From the UHGV virus genome UHGV-0287696: a stretch of 64,000 bases of DNA, one strand, 5' to 3'. The notes beneath the pieces were generated by a model. That model was not told where the DNA came from. It did not search any database and was given only the letters and a program-made list of their open reading frames with translations. The position numbers and the translations under genes are program-made. Below, one piece after another: positions 57,877 to 64,000 of this stretch (positions are counted from its first letter, which is position 1; each line of letters opens with the position of its first letter). The DNA is from a virus.

Positions 57877-58785
57877 ATGGCACTCAAAAACGCTTACAAC
57901 GGTACTCCGTTTAATACCATAGACCTTACCCGCTTACATGCGGATTTGGAACTGGCGCGTAAAGTCAATCAGACTGTTGCACAGTCTGACGAAGTACATT
58001 ACGTTATCGAAACCGCCGATGTAAAACCGTTCCCGTTACCGATCGTCATCGGTGATGACGTGTACGTTGACGCACGAACTTTCACTACGCTCGATAAAAA
58101 CGGCGTACTGAAAATCCGTAACCCCATTGAGCACCAATTACGTCTCGACGAAGCACGTTGGGAATTAGTGTGGAAACGGAACAATGATAAGCTCGGTGCA
58201 TTAATGTCACGTATGTCTTATCACCATGAGATCTTCAGCAGGTGGATTAGCGATGCAATTGAACACACCTACGCACTTGCTCCATATCAAAGTGGTCAAG
58301 TCAAGGCACTCGCTGCCCTGTTCTCCGTAGGACAGTTCTACAACAACTTCGAAGATGAAGTTAAAATGTTAAGAATGCAGCAGCAGTTAGAACGTGAACT
58401 TCGACTCGGGCCACAGATTTTTGAAACCGTTACCGGAAACACAGAGTTCCTGTTCCCACGCAATATCGGTGAATTTGTCGAGATGGTAAAAGCTGCAGAC
58501 ATTACCGCACGCTTAAAAGATCTCAGCGTAGTAAGTCTGCAAGGTATGCTGGCAACGAGCTTGGGTAGCTTTATTAGCTACGATCGTCAACTTGTTACCA
58601 GCGCCATCGAATATCCACCGTCTCTCTTTGTTATTACCCGCACTTGCTTAGAGAACGTGATATTTAACCGCTCCCGTTTAGGTGGGCTAATTAAGAAATG
58701 TGACGTGGCAAAACGTAAAGACGCTTTTATCATGGCATACGACACATTACTTAACCAAAACACCAAACCGATAAACAACCAGTAA
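57877..58785 (+). CDS. hypothetical protein (virion module)
   Basis: ORF divergent from the sheath-like gene. Confidence 0.4.
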   Translation: MALKNAYNGTPFNTIDLTRLHADLELARKVNQTVAQSDEVHYVIETADVKPFPLPIVIGDDVYVDARTFTTLDKNGVLKIRNPIEHQLRLDEARWELVWKRNNDKLGALMSRMSYHHEIFSRWISDAIEHTYALAPYQSGQVKALAALFSVGQFYNNFEDEVKMLRMQQQLERELRLGPQIFETVTGNTEFLFPRNIGEFVEMVKAADITARLKDLSVVSLQGMLATSLGSFISYDRQLVTSAIEYPPSLFVITRTCLENVIFNRSRLGGLIKKCDVAKRKDAFIMAYDTLLNQNTKPINNQ

Positions 58786-58795
58786 GAGGTCCACT

Positions 58796-61312
58796 ATGGA
58801 GAACTGGCTGGTCGCCCACGCCATCCAAAAAGCGTGGCAGCGTCCATATCTTGACGGGGTGCTCAACATCGCACCCTTCCGTCTTTCACCCAAGACCGGG
58901 GCGATCGGCTTTTTCAAACACGGTCGGATTCCGGTCGCTTTACCGAAAGAGAATTCGTGGTGGCACGCCTATGCGGTGGATAAACTTCACGTAAACTGGG
59001 GGAATCTTGCTATCCCCCTAAACCGTTGGAAGAAACTGTCCACTTGCGTAAACGGCTTTAGCACCTGGATTCAGGTCTATAACGAAAACGGAACGACGAT
59101 TCCTTCCGAATACGTTTATTTCTACCGTAACAGTGCGGGAATGGTTTACATGGCTATTCCGCAATCCGATCGGTATGCCTGGTTGGACAACGATCCTTGT
59201 TACCTGCGAATTTATCCTGGTTACAACGGGGGTGAAAACGCACCGTACATCAACCCGACGACCGTCGAGTTTTATTCACCGCCGAATCGTGAACAGGTGC
59301 AAAAAGTTATTGACCGATTCAACTACCTGAAACAACAAAACAAAGGATACGTTGAGTTCTGGTTAAACGGAGAACTGGTTGATTCTCCAAAGCCTGCGGA
59401 TATTAAAACGTGGGATGATATCGACATCCGCGTCGACGGTCGTGTTCGCCGTGTTGTAGAGTTTCGCTGTGGCGACTTACAAACGTTTATGTCCAAACTG
59501 GATAGCAAACGAAAATACTTACTCCATATTCCGAAAAAAGATGGCATCTGGATTTTTAACAACGATGCGGAGATCCAGCTTTATTGGAAAGGCCGGGGAC
59601 GTTATTACCATCGTCACCGCCACCAGGCGTTACGCCAGCTGACATGGAACGATTTATCAATCCCGACTGAACGCATTGCAAAATATCGCAACGTTTTTAC
59701 CGGTTCAATCACCGACCTGGACGATCTGGTCATCAGGCTGATTATTCGCGATGACTATCTGGATATTACGCCGTTGTTTAACTCATCGCACATACACGAT
59801 TTATACCGATTATCAGATGACCTGATTATCGACGCGATGATCGGTGCGAATGCGAACGTAACAGAGTGGCAGGCTGCTAATCTGGAACAAGCTGCTTTTA
59901 ACCGACTGGCAGCGGCTAAGCTTGAGAATATTACGCGCGATTTGTGTACTGATGCTTACGGTTACAACGCTGTAAGCCGTTATGCTGCCGATACCCCTCA
60001 GCGCCTTACGTTAACGGAAGGAGGGTACCGCGCCACCTTACCTGCGTTATTGGCAACCAACTCGACTGTGTACGAGTACGATGGCGATGGTTTGCTGTTA
60101 GAAGCGCATCAAAACCGTGGTTACGACGTATACCAAGCACGCAACCCCAACACCAGAATTATCGAGGCGATCGAAGGCGACAAAGCCGAGACAGTAACTA
60201 TCGTTGATAACGCCGACGATTTCGAGATTCAGGAAGGCCAAAACGTTAACTTGTGGCTGCGTAAGGTTATCGATGACATTCCACGAGACGAATATCTGAA
60301 GGCAGTGGAAGGGACGGATTACACCCGTGAAGGTAATAGCATTACCTGGACTGTGGACCGTACTCGTCGTCACCCTACGGTGATTTACGACGATCGCCAT
60401 CTGTATTTCGAAATCGATGTGGCGGTCAGAGAAGGGGAGATTCGTATTCCTATTCTGGCTCGAAACCAAGAAGGTAATCAACGTACACTCTGGATTCCGA
60501 TGGAAACCGTCGAAGTGTGGTTAAACGGACACCCTCTGGTACACGGTATCGATTATCATGTCATTTGGCCAGAAATCGTTGTAGTCTGTAAAGCGTGGAT
60601 GAGTGATTCCGATGAAAACCACATCGCAGTGCGTTGTCGTGGGGTCACCGGCGAACTTCGTATTCCGAAACACGGTTTCGTCTCGAGTGGGCTGTTATCA
60701 AATAACAACCAATTTGATTGTCGTGACGACAAAGTTATTCGTGTCGTTGCTGGCGGTTCCTTGCTATTACGCGACGAGGTAGTGTTCCGCGAGGACAACA
60801 CGGTAGGTGTCAAAATTGTTGATGATGGTTATCCCTACTCTGTCGACGACCCTACAATACCGTTGCGTACGCTGGTAACGGGGAACACGTATGCGCTCAG
60901 AGACGTAGCGCGTGATCTGGATAGTCGTGTAGAAAATTACATGACTAACTGGTTCCCGACACCGCCTCCAGAGAACCCGGTGCCTTTACCGCACCTGTAT
61001 CACCTTTATTCACCTACGTTGAATAAAATCCTGTGGGACTACTTACAGGGTATTCTCACCCTCGTGGAAGACGATCCAGATTATCGTATCTCAACAACAC
61101 AGTTGGATGAGATTATGGAGCGGTATAAAGACCTGCTTCCGTTCGACCCCGCGTACATCGGTTACGATAAAGCGTTTGTCAAGCTCCATCCGCATGTGAA
61201 ATACCAAACCGTGGAAGTTAACGAACTCGGGTTCGCGTTTTTGGATCGCGTTAACGAGCGGTATCTGAATGGTGAAGTTCAGCTGAACCAGTATCTGAAA
61301 ATCAAGGGTTAA
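58796..61312 (+). CDS. large hypothetical structural protein (838 aa)
   Basis: ORF with AGAGG upstream. Confidence 0.45.
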   Translation: MENWLVAHAIQKAWQRPYLDGVLNIAPFRLSPKTGAIGFFKHGRIPVALPKENSWWHAYAVDKLHVNWGNLAIPLNRWKKLSTCVNGFSTWIQVYNENGTTIPSEYVYFYRNSAGMVYMAIPQSDRYAWLDNDPCYLRIYPGYNGGENAPYINPTTVEFYSPPNREQVQKVIDRFNYLKQQNKGYVEFWLNGELVDSPKPADIKTWDDIDIRVDGRVRRVVEFRCGDLQTFMSKLDSKRKYLLHIPKKDGIWIFNNDAEIQLYWKGRGRYYHRHRHQALRQLTWNDLSIPTERIAKYRNVFTGSITDLDDLVIRLIIRDDYLDITPLFNSSHIHDLYRLSDDLIIDAMIGANANVTEWQAANLEQAAFNRLAAAKLENITRDLCTDAYGYNAVSRYAADTPQRLTLTEGGYRATLPALLATNSTVYEYDGDGLLLEAHQNRGYDVYQARNPNTRIIEAIEGDKAETVTIVDNADDFEIQEGQNVNLWLRKVIDDIPRDEYLKAVEGTDYTREGNSITWTVDRTRRHPTVIYDDRHLYFEIDVAVREGEIRIPILARNQEGNQRTLWIPMETVEVWLNGHPLVHGIDYHVIWPEIVVVCKAWMSDSDENHIAVRCRGVTGELRIPKHGFVSSGLLSNNNQFDCRDDKVIRVVAGGSLLLRDEVVFREDNTVGVKIVDDGYPYSVDDPTIPLRTLVTGNTYALRDVARDLDSRVENYMTNWFPTPPPENPVPLPHLYHLYSPTLNKILWDYLQGILTLVEDDPDYRISTTQLDEIMERYKDLLPFDPAYIGYDKAFVKLHPHVKYQTVEVNELGFAFLDRVNERYLNGEVQLNQYLKIKG

Positions 61313-61314
61313 TC

Positions 61315-62955
61315 ATGGCCTTAACAACCGACATTATTAATAAGGATCGCGGGTTCCGTGTATGGCGTCCTGAAGAACTCTATGCGCCGGAACGCCCAAC
61401 CGGATACGTACCGAACCCGAAAGATCTGATCGTTAACGATATCACCTCCGGTTTCGATATCGTCATAAGCGTTAACTACGCCAAACCGTCGTGGGAAACC
61501 GAACCGTGGGGCGGTGTAGGGGTGGCTAATCAAGACGGTCGTCTGAACGGACACTACCCACTGCGTAGCGATAAATATCGCGTCTACGTGGATTCTACGA
61601 AGCTCCCGGCAACAATGGTGTTAGATAACGCACTCACCTTTGAAGGACCGGATGTGGACGGGGTGCGCATTTTCCGAGGCAGTAAAGTTGACGACAGTGC
61701 GGAAATACTCTCTGGCTACTACAAAGACGGTAAATTGAAATACACTTACTTACCGGTCCAGACGATTTCTGTCGAGGGTGCAGAGCGTGTCGTTAAACAA
61801 ACGTTACCTGGCGCTTGCTTAGCTGAGGTCGAGAACGGCGAAGAATGTATGTTCGCTGTTTACTCCGACGTCGGTAACGTGGTGCAAATCGGTCACGCAC
61901 ACATTATCAAAACGAACCTGGTAATGCCGCAAGAAACGCCAGCACGCACGGTGTTAGGTATTAAGTTAGTGTCACCGTTCTTGGTAGACAACGACGGCAC
62001 CACACTGACGCTCCCGATCAACATGCCAATCGAGTCTATACCGCTTTGGTGTGATGTTGTTTACAGCGATGGCACAAAACGTCTACCTATCGACCAGGCT
62101 CGTGTTAAATTCAACGGCTTACGTAACGCAGGTTCACACGACACGTTCTACATCGCTTCTAACTCAGGTAACACGCTACCTTGCGTACTGAGCTATAAGT
62201 TATCCAGAGGTGAAACTTACGGAGGTACCGATGTCGTAGGTGACACCATTGTGAAAAACTATACGGCGGTAACAGAGCAGGTCGACGGTGCCTACAGCAT
62301 GAAACTTTTCGTTGTGCCGAGATGGCTGGATGCCACACGCGGTTATCGTCTGGATTTCTTGCTGTATAACCTGACACGCGGTAAAGTTTACGACGCAACC
62401 GCACACGTTAACTACACCACGGGCACGACCTTCGATCCGTTACTGATGGGTGTTAAGCAACGCCTTAACGTTCAGGTCGATATCAGTAAAGTAGACAGTA
62501 AATTCCGTGCGTTTATTCAGTCTCAGTCATTCGCTATTACGCTTGTGAACCCAGGTAACGAGCTGAACTCGAACTTCATTCTGGAATACCTCCCAGACGG
62601 TATGAAGTATGGGGAAAACGTGTGGGCGGAATTTAAATACTCCAACGTCAATTATTCTGAAATCGACGTCAGTAACAAAGTGGCCTCTAAGGCGGAATGG
62701 TTGAAGCTGTTGTACGAACCGATTTATCCGTTGTACGACCGTCGTAATGAATCTGAGCCACCTGAACCAACACACTTCGAAATCCACGTCGGGGGTAAAG
62801 TTTACACCTATAGCGTAGATGAGTGGTTGGATAAAAAGGTTATCGACTACCGCGTACCACTAGACGCTCCGCTAGTGATTCGTTGGATACGTCGCACACC
62901 AACAGATACGTTAAACTTAGCCGCGTCGCCAATGTTGGCGCACCACATCGAATAA
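61315..62955 (+). CDS. hypothetical structural protein (546 aa)
   Basis: Starts 2 nt after the upstream stop. Confidence 0.45.
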   Translation: MALTTDIINKDRGFRVWRPEELYAPERPTGYVPNPKDLIVNDITSGFDIVISVNYAKPSWETEPWGGVGVANQDGRLNGHYPLRSDKYRVYVDSTKLPATMVLDNALTFEGPDVDGVRIFRGSKVDDSAEILSGYYKDGKLKYTYLPVQTISVEGAERVVKQTLPGACLAEVENGEECMFAVYSDVGNVVQIGHAHIIKTNLVMPQETPARTVLGIKLVSPFLVDNDGTTLTLPINMPIESIPLWCDVVYSDGTKRLPIDQARVKFNGLRNAGSHDTFYIASNSGNTLPCVLSYKLSRGETYGGTDVVGDTIVKNYTAVTEQVDGAYSMKLFVVPRWLDATRGYRLDFLLYNLTRGKVYDATAHVNYTTGTTFDPLLMGVKQRLNVQVDISKVDSKFRAFIQSQSFAITLVNPGNELNSNFILEYLPDGMKYGENVWAEFKYSNVNYSEIDVSNKVASKAEWLKLLYEPIYPLYDRRNESEPPEPTHFEIHVGGKVYTYSVDEWLDKKVIDYRVPLDAPLVIRWIRRTPTDTLNLAASPMLAHHIE

Positions 62956-62965
62956 ATATAACAAG

Positions 62966-62989
62966 CCTCCTACCCGAAAGGGTAGGAGG
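62966..62989 (+). other. stem-loop without U-tract immediately upstream of the terminase RBS
   Basis: CCTCCTACCC-GAAA-GGGTAGGAGG followed directly by GAGGAG and the ATG at 63002. Confidence 0.4.
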
Positions 62990-63001
62990 TGAGGAGTCTG
63001 T

Positions 63002-64000
63002 ATGATACTACGTGAATCGGACTGGCGTTATTATCCAGGCGCTATTGTTGACGATAAAACCACAAACAAATCGTTTATCAAGTTTGCAAATATCCTAAAA
63101 AAGCTGGGTGTAAAGCACTACTATATTCATCTCGCCTTACATAACCCTTTACTGCAAGGGGTCGATCCTTTTGACGAAAACCTAACGGACGAACAGAAAG
63201 CGTATATCGCCATCGAGTGTGCCGAAAACCCTTGGTACTGGTTTCGAGAGTGTGTCAGGGTACCTGCGGACGGTATGAAATACGGGTCGCCGTTCCGTAT
63301 CGACCGTGGTAACTTTTCGATGTATTGGATTTTCTTCAACAACATCGACGCCGCTGTCGAATTCCTCCGTCAGCACGGTAAAACCGTCGGGATGAGCGGA
63401 TTACTATTGTGGTTAATTCGGTTTCTGGAAAACTCTCGTACGATTCTTATCACAAAAGGCCCGGCACTGCGTGAAGAAACCATTAACAAACTTAAGCAAC
63501 TACGTAACGGTCTACCGTCGTACTTGTGGCCAGCACATCCAGACGATCCAGATAACCGCGAAACTTTTGCGTGTTTAGCCCAGGGTAACAAACTGATTAC
63601 GGGTATCGGCCAAAACGACCCAGAATCTGCTAACGGTATCGGTCGTGGACTTACCGCTGGTCGTCTGTTCTCGGACGAAGGACCCTTTACCAAAAACGTT
63701 CACCACATTCTACCGGCAGCGCTGGCATCCGGTACAGCGGCACGTCGTATTAACGAAGCGGAAGGTGTTCCTTACGGTAACGTATTCGCAACAACCCCGG
63801 GTGACTTAGCGACAGAAGAAGGCAAGTACATGTACGAGCTGATGACGTCAGGGATTATGTGGGATGAGCGCTATATCGACATTCCAACCCGTAAACAGCT
63901 CATTGACATCATTCGTTCTAACTCCACGGCAGAAGTCCCACGTATCATGTTCTACGTGAAGTACAACCACCGCCAGCTCGGTACCAGTGATGAGCAGTTA
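63002..64000 (+). CDS. terminase large subunit, N-terminal ATPase part (gene continues past window end)
   Basis: ATG at 63002 with GGAGGTGAGGAG upstream; frame open to the window end. LRQHGKT and ILITKGPALREETINKLKQLRNGLP parallel T4 gp17 (SRQLGKT ... ILAHKGSMSAEVLDRTKQAIELLP) as recalled. Confidence 0.65.
   Translation, partial: MILRESDWRYYPGAIVDDKTTNKSFIKFANILKKLGVKHYYIHLALHNPLLQGVDPFDENLTDEQKAYIAIECAENPWYWFRECVRVPADGMKYGSPFRIDRGNFSMYWIFFNNIDAAVEFLRQHGKTVGMSGLLLWLIRFLENSRTILITKGPALREETINKLKQLRNGLPSYLWPAHPDDPDNRETFACLAQGNKLITGIGQNDPESANGIGRGLTAGRLFSDEGPFTKNVHHILPAALASGTAARRINEAEGVPYGNVFATTPGDLATEEGKYMYELMTSGIMWDERYIDIPTRKQLIDIIRSNSTAEVPRIMFYVKYNHRQLGTSDEQL

Noticed and set aside
1-64000. 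Search for tRNA genes, CRISPR repeats, integrase or attachment sites.
   Set aside because: No direct-repeat arrays, no cloverleaf-like conserved T-loop sequences in intergenic regions and no recombinase motifs were seen; a tRNA scan program would be needed to exclude tRNAs formally.

Overview
This window reads as a densely packed ~64 kb segment of a large virulent tailed-phage genome (jumbo-myovirus-like), not a bacterial chromosome. Genes are short-spaced with frequent ATGA/TAATG start-stop overlaps, strong Shine-Dalgarno sites (often AGGAG followed by an AT-rich spacer) and many hairpin terminators. I found no rRNA, tRNA, CRISPR array or integrase. Calls I can support from motifs in the translations: a Rad50/SbcC-like ATPase C-terminus (cut by the window start), a GNAT acetyltransferase, a TARG1/DarG-type macrodomain, a signal-peptide lytic transglycosylase, a DEDDh exonuclease, an RNase HI-like protein with a long C-terminal extension, a UvsX/RecA-like recombinase, thymidylate synthase with two insertions, a MazG-like domain, a HAD nucleotidase and an HD hydrolase. 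Structural content includes a 2374-aa protein with an internal lytic transglycosylase domain, two large adjacent ORFs (one carrying a DYDGD motif), a high-expression 685-aa + 291-aa pair (sheath/tube-like) and a T4-gp17-like large terminase running off the window end. Most other ORFs are hypothetical. All functional calls rest on motif recognition by eye and on sequences recalled from memory; no database search was run. The most interesting candidates are the phage macrodomain, two tandem paralog pairs, the DYDGD-bearing ORF beside the giant protein, and a family of sequence-related terminator hairpins.
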